64,000 nucleotides of DNA from Octopus bimaculoides. Taxonomy: Eukaryota. The notes beneath the pieces were generated by a model. It did no database searches, was not told the origin of the DNA, and worked only from the letters and a program-made list of their open reading frames with translations. The stretch is from NCBI RefSeq assembly GCF_001194135.2, contig NC_068996.1, forward strand, positions 18,252,654 through 18,316,653, read 5' to 3'. Shown here in pieces: positions 11,430-24,130 of the stretch. Within the stretch, counting starts at the first letter, position 1. Each line of letters starts with the position of its first letter. The translations under genes were made by a program, and so were the position numbers.

Positions 11430-11543
11430 GTGTGTGGTGGGGGACCAAAGCTCTCTTTGTGGCACATGAGATCTTTGTCTGCAACAACTGCATTTGATAC
11501 TCCCAAGAGTTGCCAAAAACATGCTTTGATTCACCAAGATACA
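11430..11543 (+). CDS. THOC6: THOC6 exon: VCGGGPKLSLWHMRSLSATTAFDTPKSCQKHALIHQDT
   Basis: ttacag|GTG acceptor, ACA|gtaagt donor, 114 nt, phase 0-0. VCGGGP.L.LWH.RS is characteristic of THOC6. Confidence 0.95.
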
Positions 11544-12343
11544 GTAAGTACAACATTACTCAATCTCTAGATTATTATTTACTTACTTAAACAACACACA
11601 CACACATGCATATATACATCCATAAATATATTTGATGATGATCATTATCATTTTAAAGTTAGCTTTTCCTTGCTCACTTCATTGAGGCAGATTTTTTTAT
11701 GGCTGGATGCACTTCTTGTTGCCAACCCTCACCTGTTCTCGAGCAAGGTCATATTTCCCCATGGTTGGACATGTTTATGGGGAAGACTGGAAACAAATGA
11801 CAACATTTGTGTGATGGTTGCACTTCTTTGCAGCTGTCGTGCACTATCAAGACAAGGAGACACAAACACATATATACATATATACACTCATACACACACA
11901 TACATATACCTACATGCACAAGTGGCTTCTTTTAGTTTCTGCCTGCCAAATCCATTCATAAGGCTTTGGTTGGCCTGGGGCTATAGAAGACATTTGTCAA
12001 ATGTATCATTGAACCTGAAAACAAGTGGTTGGAAAATGAACTTTGTTAACCACACAACCATACCTACGCATATAATTACACATGTATGCATGCAGATACG
12101 TTACTTTTATGTTTGTTTTCTCATGTTCACATGGGTTGGATAGGTCTTCTGCACAGTTTCTCATCACATACTATCATCCTTTGCCACCTCCCTTGTGAAG
12201 CTTGTCCTCCTCACATCATCTTTCACCACTTCCTCTTCTTCCCATGTCTTTCTTGTTCTGCCTTTTACACCGTTTCCCTGGATTGCTTTGACATTTCTTT
12301 ACCCAATTTTTTTTTTTTTCTCTTCACTGTACTTACTCAAACT

Positions 12344-12726
12344 GTGGAGGTGCAATGGCCCAGTGGTTAGGGCAGCGGACTTGCAGTCATAGGATCACGG
12401 TTTCGATTCCCAGACAGGGCGTTGTGAGTGTTTATTGAGCGAAAACACCTAAAGCTCCACGAGGCTCCGGCAGGGGATGGTGGCGAACCCTGCTGTACTG
12501 TTTCACCACAACTTTCTTTCATTCTTACTTCCTGTTTCTGTTGTGCCTGTAATTCAAAGGGCCAGCCTTGTCACACTGTGTCCCGCTGAATATCCCCGAA
12601 AACTACGTTAAGGGTACACGTGTCTGTGGAGTGCTCAGCCACTTGCACGTTAATTTCACGAGCAGGTTGTTCTGTTGATCGGATCAAGTAGAACCCTTGA
12701 CGTCGTAAGTGACGGAGTGTCAACAA
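12344..12726 (+). mobile_element. tRNA-derived SINE family 1, full length
   Basis: A/B-box head, ~380 bp body colinear with 60219-60603, (CAA) tail, short TSD tcaaac. Confidence 0.9.
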
Positions 12727-13532
12727 GTCAAACACATCTATTTTTGTGTTACTAAGAAGTGGTGCATCATTGTCACATCATCCTCACAGAAACCTGAATT
12801 ATATCGCATCTAATCTTGTCTTCTTAATCAATTCTGCTATGATTCTTTCTGTCACTTTCAAAACTTAGTCCTTCATTATTGATTCCACTGTAGTTGCTTT
12901 TTTTTTTTAAAGCATCTCCTTTGCCACTGTATTATCTGGTAATGATACAGCGACATTAGTCATTATGAGTGGCCTCTTCTTGTACTACCTAATTAACTAT
13001 GCAAACGACAAGTGACCAATATTGTGTCCTACTTTGCCAAATATTATCAGCCTCCCAGAAACGATCTTTGATGGTTTGACTGCTTCCCTACCTTTTAGTT
13101 TAGCTGGTTCATCTCTTGACTACACTTGGGGTAGCATTTCCCCTTGCACATTATCCTTATTCAGAAATCTCTCCAGTTAACATTCCATGACTTCATATAC
13201 ATATCTGTTTGTTTTTTTACATCTGTTTTCCTACTTTATCATGGGTTGTTTTACATTTGGGTGCTCTTCCTGTCATTAATCCTTACCTGTTTTCAAGTAA
13301 GGATCTCTTATTTCACATGTCTTCAAAGACATGAAGCGAATGACTGTTCAGGAGAAGTAACAACAGTAACAAACCACTCATGACTTTCATAGAGTTCAAA
13401 TATGAACTAGACACACAGACATGCTATTGCAGTCACATCTACATAAAATTACACATATTAAATATATTAAACATTATATAAAGATTAACAAAATAATTAA
13501 CTTTTATTTACAATTTTCCAATTCTTTCTCAG

Positions 13533-13661
13533 ATTTTATCAGCCGGCAGTGAGCCCAGTGTGTTCCATTGGTCGCTAAATGGCGAACTGAAAGCTAAAAT
13601 TCCTTGTACACCAACATGTGTCTTCAAAGTGGATGTAAATACTAACTCCAAAAGTAACAAG
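13533..13661 (+). CDS. THOC6: THOC6 exon: [43 protein letters not shown]
   Basis: ttctcag|ATT acceptor, AAG|gtaata donor, 129 nt, phase 0-0. Carries the ILSAG....W.L.GELKA..P motif. Confidence 0.95.
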
Positions 13662-13796
13662 GTAATATAAAATTATCCACTTTTACATATTTAAAATGCC
13701 TCAGTTATTGACTAAATTAATTTTGTGTTCTTTATTTAGAAAAAGAAAAAGATTCCCCCTCCCTTACAAGGGGAGAAAGATAGAATATATATTGGT

Positions 13797-14240
13797 TTCA
13801 GATTTTGGCACAAGGCCAGCAAGTTCAGGGAAGGGGTTAAGTTGATTACATCGACCCCAGTGCTTAACTGCCACTTCTTTAATTGGTCATGAGGGATGAC
13901 AGGTAGCGTCAACCTTGGCGGGATTTGAACTTAGAACATAAAGATGGATGAAATGCTGCTAAGAATTTTGCCTGGCATGCTAACAACTCTGCCAAATCAC
14001 TACTTTATTGTGATAAAATATTGACTTCAAATTTTGGCAAAAGGCCAGCAATTTTGGGGGTGGGGTAAGTTGATTAGATTGACTCCACTGTTCAACTGGT
14101 ATTTATTTTGTCAACCCTGAAAAGATGAAAGGTAAAATCGACTTTGGCTGAATTTGAACTCAAAACATAAAGATGGACAAAATTCCACTAAGCATTTTCC
14201 CCAGTGTGTTAATGGTTCCGCCAGTTTGCTGCCTTCAAGA
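13797..14240 (+). mobile_element. Two tandem copies of SINE-like family 3
   Basis: ttttggcacaaggccagcaa...ctctgcca (13797-~14000) and ttttggcaaaaggccagcaa...ttccgcca (~14025-14240). Confidence 0.8.
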
Positions 14241-14453
14241 CAGACAATATATTGATGCCAGGTATTGTGTCCTTTTGTTCTCTGAATAGTTGTCTTTGTA
14301 TTTTAGCAATACATAGTTACATAGAATTAATGTATTGTAATGTTTAGTGTTGAGGTTAATGCAAAGAATGAACGAAAGAATGAAACAAGGATTATGACAA
14401 GCTACTCTTATGACTGGCAGTTAAAAACATATTTCATGCAAACATTCAAACAG

Positions 14454-14495
<42 letters not shown>

Positions 14496-15360
14496 TTGTT
14501 GCCAGTGTATGTAACTGGCACCCATGCCGGTAGCATATAAAAAGCACTGTTCAAACGGACCTCATGGAGGTATACTGTGTGCTTGAGAAGACCTGTCAAG
14601 CCAAGTGGCTAATGCTGGAGGCACATAAAAGCACCCACACTCATGGAGTGGTTGGCGTTAGGAAGGGCATTCAGCTATAGAAACCTTGCCAAATCAGACT
14701 GGAACCCGGTGCAGTGCCCCAGTTTTCAGTCAAACCATCCAATCCATGCCAACATGGAAAAATAGATGTTAAATGATGATGATGATGGTAATATATATGT
14801 ATATCATGAGCTTTGTGTAGTTTTTGTCTGCTAAATTCATTTGCAAGAGGCTTCAGAGGCCCAGGTCTAGAGTAGAAGACACTCGCCCACAGAGTTGCAT
14901 GGTGGGACTGAACCCAAACCACAAGGATAAGAAGCAAACTTCTCAACCGCACAGCTATGTCTTGGCTCCTCACAAATTTAACATTTGTTATTGGAAATGA
15001 CTTGCATATTATTGTTGTTATTGATTGCACTCAATCAGATTTACTCATCAAGAGTTCGATAAATTAACATTAACAATTAGCCTTATATGTCTTGTATGGC
15101 CTTACTGTGATAATAAGACATGCAGTCACTATATCAAAGAAACTACAACAGAGCCGAAGTGAGCGACGTGAAGTCTGCCTCAGACAGGGGCAAGTAAATC
15201 TTGCTCTCAGGATAGGGGAGTTGTTACCCTTGATGTGATGAACCCAACCTTTTTAAACTGGATCATATTTCTAAATATTAGAATACTCTTATTTTATGTA
15301 CTGTTCATGCACTTTTGGGTAACTTTTCTTCCATAAAGCACAGATACAAGCTTACACACA

Positions 15361-15407
<47 letters not shown>

Positions 15408-16029
15408 ATAGGCATAGCTGTGTGGTTAAGAAGTTCTCTTCTCAACCACATGATTTCAGGCTCAGTTCCATTGCACAGCAAATGTCTTATTATTACTCCT
15501 GTCCAACCAAGATCTTGCGAATGGATCTGTTGAAAAAAACTGATTGAGAAGTCCATTGTGCAATTGGTGCTCTACATGGTAATGGTGGTGGTGGTGGTGA
15601 TGATGATGAGGGTTGTGGTGGTGGTGGCACTGATAATGATGAGGGTTGTGGTGGTGGTGGTGGTGGTGGTGCTGATGATGATGATAGTAATGGAAAGATG
15701 GAGTAAAAAAAAATCAATGGAGAGATAATAATGATGATGGTGATGATGATGATGGCCAAAACCACCATCACCCATGTACTGAACCTCTTGTCTTTTTTTC
15801 TTGTACAGTGGACCCAGGAACACATCCGATGCATCCTTTTATTTTTATAACAATAAGGTGTGATTTGAGGGTAATTTGGCTGCTATTTCTGCCAGAACAA
15901 GTAGCCATGTAGAGTTTGTCTTGTTAACTCATAACTGGGGAACATTCTTAAATTATTTTTCTCTGTTTCTATCATTCTCTCTCTCTCTCTCTCTCTCTTT
16001 GCACGTCTGTCTGTCTGTCTGCCTGTCTG

Positions 16030-16070
<41 letters not shown>

Positions 16071-16232
16071 TCTTCTGTCTGTCTCTCTCATATCTTTTCT
16101 TTCTTTTTTTATTTCCTTCTCCTCCCTTTAACCCCCTTTTGTTTCCCCTTCCTCTATGTACAATTCATTAATGTTAATAACATCTTATATAATATATATA
16201 TATATATATATTGTCTTCTAATCTATCTTCAG

Positions 16233-16340
16233 GTTCTATGTGTGGCAGGGAACAGTTCAAAACTCGATGTGTCTACCAACTTCCGTTATAAAGCTTTCTC
16301 ATTGACATTTCATTCATCTGAAAATGTTTTCACCAAATAA
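16233..16340 (+). CDS. THOC6: THOC6 terminal coding exon: VLCVAGNSSKLDVSTNFRYKAFSLTFHSSENVFTK*
   Basis: tcttcag|GTT acceptor, TAA at 16338-16340. VL..AGNS...DV.TN..Y.AFSL.F is the THOC6 C-terminus. Confidence 0.95.
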   Translation, partial: VLCVAGNSSKLDVSTNFRYKAFSLTFHSSENVFTK

Positions 16341-16464
16341 AGACTATTTTACTTCTTTTATTTGTTGTTCTTATTTTTGCTTCTTTTACAATGTTTTTAC
16401 ATTCTGAGTTCTAATTCTGCCAAGGTGACTTTGCTTTTCATCCATTTGAAGTTGATAAAATAAA
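16336..16464 (+). terminator. Candidate THOC6 polyadenylation signals (AATAAA at 16336-16341 and 16459-16464)
   Basis: Two canonical hexamers at or just after the stop codon. Which one is used cannot be determined from sequence. Confidence 0.4.
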
Positions 16465-16489
16465 TACTAGTGAAATACTGTTGTTGTTG

Positions 16490-16866
16490 GCACTCCGTCG
16501 CTTACGACGTCGAGGGTTCCAGTTGATCCGATCAACGGAACAGCCTGCTCATGAAATTAACGTGCAAGTGGCTGAGCACTCCACAGTCACGTGTACCCTT
16601 AACGTAGTTCTCGGGGATATTCAGCGTGACACAGTGTGACAAGGCTGACCCTTTGAATTACAGGCACAACAGAAACAGAAAGTAAGAGTGAGAGAAAGTT
16701 GTGGCGAAAGAGTACAGAAGGATTTGCCACCATCCCCTGCCGGAGCCTGGTGGAGCTTTAGGTGTTTTTGCTCAATAAACACTCACAACGCCCGATCTGG
16801 GAATCGAAACCGCGATCCTATGTCCGTGATTCCATTGCCCTAACCACTGGGCCATTGCGCCTCCAC
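16490..16866 (-). mobile_element. tRNA-derived SINE family 1, full length
   Basis: Reverse complement of 12344-12726. TSD gtgaaatact at 16480-16489 and 16871-16880. Confidence 0.9.
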
Positions 16867-16934
16867 ATCGGTGAAATACTAGGGTTGATGAAATCAACTA
16901 ACCCTTTCCCTCAAAATTTATTATTATAATTATT

Positions 16935-17085
16935 ATTGAGTGAGAGAGCAATGCATGCCATCAAAGTGATACTGGGGTAAAATATACAAAGGCCAGTATA
17001 CCTATCATGACTACCTGTCTGATAAGGGTACACCAGGTACATGCATCACAACCATATGTGTGCGACATATCAAAATCAACAGTAC
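16935..17085 (-). mobile_element. 3' UTR/tail fragment of an R4-like LINE family
   Basis: Highly similar to 54668-54820, which runs into R4-like coding remnants. Ends in (AAT)n on the - strand. Confidence 0.65.
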
Positions 17086-17439
17086 ATGATCTCGGGTCAA
17101 GTAGCCCATCCTGCTCAAAATGCCCTTGAATAAGATTTGTTTAAATATGATGAATAAAACACCCATGATTGCAGGGGGGAATTATTCAAACCCAAAGAAT
17201 TCCTCACAACACATGGCTATGATGCTTCCCCATTACTTCTGCTCATGATCAGAGATGCACACATCATCAGCCACCAAGGGACATGCTCATCTGGTTAAGG
17301 TCAAGGAAATCTGTGATATTGTGCAGAATATTTGCTGTAACCCATCTTTTCTGCTAAAACTGTATTGAAACCATTTGTGGGGAAGAAAGAGAGAAAAACC
17401 CAACAATGCAGCACCAAGCGCTTCAACTGGTTGCACATC

Positions 17440-17950
17440 ACAAGGTCCAACAGAACCTACTGAAGCAAGCCAGCATGCTCGCAGTAATACCACGGGCAAT
17501 GGCAAGGCTAGGGTGTTGAGAAAGCCAAGCGCCCTCATGGACATCACCTGACACTTCGGTGAGGTGAGCTGCCAACATTTACAAGAACTTCGCGGTTAGT
17601 GGCCCAGTCTCTCCGAACGTCTCAAACGCCACAGGCTGGAAGAGATAGTTCCCTGTCAGATCCCGATACTTCAGGGTTTCGTTCCATTCGACTACGGAAG
17701 CAGTAACCCTCCCATTTAATGCAGCATCCAGGATGCGGGAGGGAGTAAAGGAGTCGCAGACTGTAGTGTCTCAAATGAGGCACCTACCTCTAACAGAGGG
17801 ACAGTGGGTAAGACCATCTGGTCTCTTTCCACCCTGACGGCCCCAAAACTGAGGGAATTAACAGATCGTACACTTAATCCATCAACGAGTTTAACACCAC
17901 CATCTATGCCACTTGGTTATAATTAGTGGGATCCACGTTGTTAAAAGAAT
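17440..17950 (-). mobile_element. CRE-like (RLE-bearing) non-LTR retrotransposon 3' fragment
   Basis: Minus-strand translation GKRPDGLT..P...GRCLI*DTTVCDSF ... LFQPVAFETFGETGP ... GAWLSQHPSLAIARG. Confidence 0.75.
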
Positions 17951-18649
17951 TCAAGTAAGGTTTCCAGTCAGTGGATTCTATTACTACTTGTGTGAATTGT
18001 ATTCTTCCTCGATAAATTAAAATAATTTTTGTCAGTGATAAATAAAATCTAATAAAGTGAATGTGCAAATGACTCTGTGTGTGTGTGTGCCTGTGCGTTT
18101 AGTAATTGTACAAGAGTTGTTGTAGTCTCCCAAACATCGCATAAAAAAACTAGAAAAGCACTCGGAGAGCTCAGACCTCCGCTGAGCAGCTCATTTCCAC
18201 CCATATACACGCATGCTGAAAATCGTCCAATTTCTCAAACTAACACCGGCAAAAACATAACCTCCTTGGTAAAAAAAAAGAATAACACAGCCATATGATT
18301 TTAAGAAAAAAAACCCTTTAAAAATAGGAATCATCTGAAGCAGTTCACAATCACCAACATCAACAACATTGTCATTGCTTCCACTTCAACCATCAATGTT
18401 ATCATGACGGTTACCTTGACAGTCACTTTCACCACCACAACCAGTATAACCACTGCAATACCATCATCACACAACTAACGCTATCATCAACACCACTATT
18501 ATCATCATCACCTCAGCATCACACATCACACCGCTCCAGTCGCCATTATAACCACCGATATTATTTTATCCTCCTCCCATACTTATCTCGACCGTCGTCA
18601 TCGTTAACACTATCTTTAAACAGCAACGCCACCATAGGTTACGTGGAAA

Positions 18650-18911
18650 CGATGTGTTTTCAAGGAAGATAATCAAAGAATGTAACATTGTAATACTTCA
18701 TGTAAAGTAAATATAACAAATGAAAAATCCTTCAAGAATCCATAAAAATTCTGGGATCACTACCAAAATTTCATCATCTGTTCCTTGTGTCATTACCAAC
18801 TTTTCCTGCAAGTTTCATCAAATACCGTTCACAACTTATGGAGTTATTTTGCACACAGACGGACAAACCAACGCCAATGAAAACATAACATCCTTCCTTG
18901 TCGGAGGTAAT
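18650..18911 (+). mobile_element. Non-autonomous dispersed repeat ending in AAAACATAAC..CTTCCTTGTCGGAGGTAA hairpin; truncated end also at ~18245-18268
   Basis: 3' stem-loop preceded by acagacggacaaac. Resembles Helentron/HINE-type ends; the class is uncertain. Confidence 0.45.
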
Positions 18912-19059
18912 TTAAAAAAAAAAAAAAGACAAACCCCAACGCATAGGGCAAGGGAAATAAATACAACTTATTTATACCAGTTCTCTCCCTTGATTATAAT
19001 TTTCAGCAAATATACAACTAATATAATTGGCCCTTTTCGTTTATGCAGACGGTCAATTT

Positions 19060-22000
19060 AGCTTAGAGGTCACTTAATCGGCCATATCAGGTGCTTCCCT
19101 TCTTGCAGCTTCTTTCATGGCTGATTCTTCCTATGACTGAAGCGCAGTTTCTGTCACAATCCTTGCACACGAAGAGGGTGGCTCGGTGCTCTGCATTTCT
19201 GTTGTTTTCCTTTCACCACTGACGCTTCTCAACTTGTTTGTTTCTGTAGCTGCTCTCCAGCAAAGCAGTTCCTTCCTTCACCACAGTCCTCCATGTTGTT
19301 CTGTCCTCAGCCCTCTCTTCCCAGGTGCTGACATCCACCTCATACTTGGACAAACTGGTTTTGCAAGTGTCCTTATACCTCAGTTTTGGTCTTCCTCTTG
19401 GTCTCTTGCCCTGGGCCAGTTCTGCACAGAACTGTTGCTTCGGGATTCGATGGTCATCCACTTTCGTGACATGCCCCAGTCACCTCAGTCTTCTCATACA
19501 CAAGATAGCTATCATTCTTTGAAGATTCGCCTGCGCCAGCACTTCAACCTTGGTAACCTTGTCGCGCCATGTTAGGCCTAAGATCTTGTGGGCACCTTTC
19601 CTGTCTGCTGTACAAGGTCCATGTTTCAGATCCATAGAAGAGTGTACTAAGAACACATGCTTCATAAATCCTGACCTTTGTCTTGATGTCTAATCGCTTG
19701 TTCTTCCATACTCGTTTTGTCAGCTTTTCAAAAGTTGTTGCTGCCTTCCCTATCCTGACGTTAATCTCATCATCAAGTGAAGTAGTGGAGCAAATGGTAG
19801 ACCCTAGATAGCAGAACCTGTCCACTGTCTCAAACTCTTTGTCATCAAGCTTGATATGGCCTTTCACTGTGCCCTACTGAGTGAAGATGATTGTCTTCTT
19901 TATACTGATGACCAAACTGAAGGCCTTGCATGCTGATAATAGGTGATCCATCATTATTTGTATATTTAATTCACTGTCAGCAACAAGTGCCGGATCGTCG
20001 GCAAAGAGAAAGTCTTTTATTGTTGCTCTATTGATCTTAGTCTTGGCCTGAAATCTAGAAAGATCAAAGAGTAACCCATCAGTTCTCCAACAAAGGTAGA
20101 CATCTCCCGACAACTCTTGAAATGCATACTGCAGCAATACAGCAAAGTAAATGCTGAAAAGGATTGGTGCTAAGACACAACCTTGTTTTACTCTGCTGTT
20201 GATGTTGAAGCTCTCTGATACTAAACTGTCAAACTGAATGGTGGCTTTCATGTCATCATGGAAAGAAACAATGAGCTGCAGCAGTATTGGGGGACAGCCA
20301 CATTTTCCAAGCACCATGTACAGTCCTGATCTGCTGATTGTATCAAATGCCTTTGTCAGATCGACAAATGCTATATATAGTGGTAATTGCTGCTCCCAGC
20401 ATTTTTCTTGTAGTTGACGAATGGAGAAGATCATATCCATTGTTGAGCGGTTAAATCTAAAACCGCACTGGCTCTCTGGTAGTACTCTTTCTGCAAGCTT
20501 CTGAAGTCGTTTCAGAATGATCCTTGCAAAAGCTTTTCCAGTCATGCTCAGACGTGAGATGCCTCTGTAGTTATTGCAACCTCCCTTGTCCCCTTTATCT
20601 TTGTAGAGAGTGATGATCTTGGGATCTCATATTCTGTGGAATTTTTACTTCCAACCAACACGTCTTTAGTAACTTGTATAAATGTAGAAGGAGGGCATCT
20701 TTGTTCTCTTTCAACACTTCAGCAGGTATATTGTCATTTCCGGGTGCTTTTCCGCCTGCAAGTTCATCGATTGCAGTGGAGAGTTCTTCTTCCGTTGGTG
20801 GTATATCAAGTCCTGTCATTTCGGGCAGCTGAGGAATGGCCTCATCAAGTTGTCTATCTCGCTCCTTTGTGTGCAATTGAGAGTAATGTTCCACCCATCT
20901 TTCCATTTGTTTCTTCTTGTCCGTCAGCTGATCACCTGTTGCAGACTTGAGAGGTGCCACTTTACTCACTGTTGGTCCGATAGTAATGCTAATCTTCTCA
21001 TACATTTTCCCGATGTTATCCATGTTACTCGCCTGTTGAATTTCTAAGCATAATTTATCCCAGTACAGGTAAGCACATTTTCTAGTTTCTTTTTGAAGGT
21101 TGGATTTTAAAGCACGTAGCTATTGCTTTGTACTTTCTGTTGGCTTTCTATTGTCATTTATGAAGATCTTGCGCTTTTTCTCAAGGAATGGCATTAGTAT
21201 TGATGCATTGGTTTGGATCCAGTACCCCTTGGAAAGTCGATCCGTTCCAAAGGCCTTCGACGCAGAATCATATATTGCTGATTTCATGTTGTTCCACATG
21301 TCGTCAGGGGATGAGCTATCTAAGTTTTGGAGCTGTTCTTCAACATATTCTTGATTTTTGGTTCTCATCGCTGGATCTTGGGTGTTTTCTTTGTGTTGAT
21401 CTTAGATTTCTTTGGTTTTTCGGTCCTTGGTGTTTTCTTTGTGACCATTTTTACCTTGGCTATAACCAACAGATGATGCGTGTTACAGTCTGCTCTATGG
21501 AAGGATCTTGTTTGCTTCACAGTGTTGACATCATTCTTTCTGACGATGACGAAGTCAATCTGGTGCCAATCACCTAATCTTGGATGGCACCAAGAAACTT
21601 TATGCTGGTCTTTGCCATTGTAGAAGGTATTTGCAATGCACAGGTTGTTATTTGTGCAGAATTCTAAGAGTCTCTGGCCATTCCCATTGATTTTCCCCAA
21701 TCCAAACTGTCCAAGGCAGTTGGGCCATGCTTGGTGATCAGCGCCTACTCTTGCATTGAAATCGCCTATGAGAAAGAGTTGGTCTGCCTTTGGGACACTG
21801 TTGATCACATCCTGAAGTTCCTCGTAGAACTGATCTTTCTTCTCATTTTCTGCTGTTAGAATCGGGGCATAGGCACCAATGAGATACGCCCTTCCAGTTT
21901 TAGTCTCCACTTCCATGATAGTGATGCGCACAGATATGCCTCGAGGAGTATGCCTCTGTTGTGTACTGTGAAACCCACATCATGGATTCTCCTCTCATCT

Positions 22001-22500
22001 TCCCCAAGGCCCTTCTAGAAGAATGTGTGATTTTTTTTCCCTAATGGAACCAGAGTCAGAAAGTCTTATCTCTTGCAGGGCAGTGATGTTTACATTCAGC
22101 CGTGTGAGCTCCCTGTCAATAATTGCCGTTTTCCTGCTGTCCTCTGTTTTGTCTAGGTCGGTAATGTCAACTATAGGGCTTTCCTATAAGGTGTTATCCA
22201 CCCCTGATTGGAACTCTCCCGTATGACATGTACGCATGCTCAGTGACTTGCTTTAACAGTTGCAATCAGCTGAATGCACATTGCCAGTGACATTTGACAT
22301 AATTACCCACACTCTGTGGTCAGGATTCTTTTTTTGGTTTGATGTCGGTATCGAAGGGATTACCAGACACCGGACAATACAGTGAGAGCAGCTTTCACTC
22401 ACATCGTGGTATTCGATGCTGTGTACGTGTCTGTCGTGGTAAAATATGCCACTCCTTAACTGTTGCTTTGCTTTCATCAGTAGCACGAGGTAATTATGTC
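19060..22500 (-). mobile_element. Near full-length degenerate RTE-clade LINE (APE endonuclease + RT)
   Basis: EN: AYAP...KDQFYEEL...GDFNARVG...GNGQRLLEFC...WHQIDFV (21365-21931). RT: LPESQCGFR..RSTMDMIFSIRQLQEK..AFVDLTKAFD..KQGCVLAP..LFADD (19874-20545). C-terminus RIPKQ..RPRGRPKLRYKD. Frameshifted. Confidence 0.95.
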
Positions 22501-23099
22501 ATTNNNNNNNNNNNNNNNNNNNNNNNNNNNNNNNNNNNNNNNNNNNNNNNNNNNNNNNNNNNNNNNNNNNNNNNNNNNNNNNNNNNNNNNNNNNNNNNNN
22601 NNNNNNNNNNNNNNNNNNNNNNNNNNNNNNNNNNNNNNNNNNNNNNNNNNNNNNNNNNNNNNNNNNNNNNNNNNNNNNNNNNNNNNNNNNNNNNNNNNNN
22701 NNNNNNNNNNNNNNNNNNNNNNNNNNNNNNNNNNNNNNNNNNNNNNNNNNNNNNNNNNNNNNNNNNNNNNNNNNNNNNNNNNNNNNNNNNNNNNNNNNNN
22801 NNNNNNNNNNNNNNNNNNNNNNNNNNNNNNNNNNNNNNNNNNNNNNNNNNNNNNNNNNNNNNNNNNNNNNNNNNNNNNNNNNNNNNNNNNNNNNNNNNNN
22901 NNNNNNNNNNNNNNNNNNNNNNNNNNNNNNNNNNNNNNNNNNNNNNNNNNNNNNNNNNNAAGACGTAAAACAATAACAATAGCGTGGGTAGCCTCCGGAA
23001 GTTTAATTATCTACATGGAGCGTCGCCTAGCCAAGGGAGATAACCTACTTATAGGAAAGCCCTATAGCTTGTAAATTCAGCACGCACACACACACATTT

Positions 23100-23900
23100 A
23101 TACATGAGAATACAATACAATTATCTCATGCTACTCTAAGAGGTTGGACTGGCTTAACTAAACAAGCTTAGAGAAGCACACATCATACCAGTAAAAATCA
23201 ATGCATGAGTATATATATCCTGTAAACGAGAGGATAACGGCAGCATCGTTCACGAGACCTGTGATAGTTACATTTCATCTCATCTACAAGGATATGCCTT
23301 CGCTATCTACCAGGAACAGGAGATAGCTGCTAAATACCTGATAAACAATAAGGACAAAGATACCACCACGTTTTGATAAAAAAAAATGTCAGATTTGCTA
23401 TACCAATGCAGAAGATATCACTCACATCATCATCAGCTGCTCTAAAATGTCTATGAGATACTGCCTCCCACTGAGGCATGATATAGCTATCCGCAGGAAG
23501 GACCACCCTGACGTATACATCAAAAGCATGTCAGAAACAGTTGGTATTCACTCCTTTAAAAACAAGGAATACTGGTGGAACACCACAGTAAAAACATCAT
23601 TTCGGTGCAAACATAGCAGACCTGATATTGTTCTGGCACCGTTTTAGAGGTCAGCTGCCCAGCAAACGTGAATGTACAATCAAAAGTCCAGGAAAACAGG
23701 GAACACTTATGGCGAATTAATGTGGAACTTACATACAGCTCTTGTATCCTGATTATAAATTCTCATTTGTACCTATCATCATAGGTGCATTTGGCTTTAT
23801 ATCAACAGATTAAAAAACTAACTAGAAATACTCGGTTTCACGAAGGAAGAGCAAACGAAACTGACCCACATTCTCCAAATCCAACCTAGGATTCAACAAT
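23100..23900 (+). mobile_element. R4/Dong-type LINE 3' fragment (CCHC knuckle + RLE)
   Basis: GYAFAI..QEIAAKYL..KCQIC..AEDITHII.SCSKMSMRY.LPLRHD...EYWWNT.VKT..KHSRPDIV. Same subfamily as 30490-30850 and 32150-33548. Confidence 0.8.
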
Positions 23901-23949
23901 TAAAAGTTTCAACAAATATCAAAAACTTCTCACCAGTAAACCAAAAAAC

Positions 23950-24130
23950 ACGTCCGACAACAAGACCGGACGATTCATAAGCCTTAAAATTCACTCAGTG
24001 ATTGCTCACGGGCATATGTCGTAGTGGTTAGGAGCGCGGGCTACAAGCCACAAGATTCCGAGTTCGATTCCGAACAGCAGCAGCGTCGTCGAGTGAATTT
24101 TCAGGTTTATGAATCTTGTCGTCGAACTTT
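23950..24130. mobile_element. Foldback element with a tRNA-like SINE head (24008-24072) in its loop; related inverted copy at ~25855-25935
   Basis: gattcataagccttaaaattcactc / gagtgaattttcaggtttatgaatc arms flank GGGCATATGTCGTAGTGGTTAGGAGCGCGGG..GAGTTCGATTCC. Confidence 0.6.

Noticed and set aside
24008-24072. Possible functional tRNA gene (also the SINE heads at 9549, 12344, 58710, 60219)
   Set aside because: A/B boxes are present, but there is no complete cloverleaf or acceptor stem and the heads are embedded in dispersed repeats.
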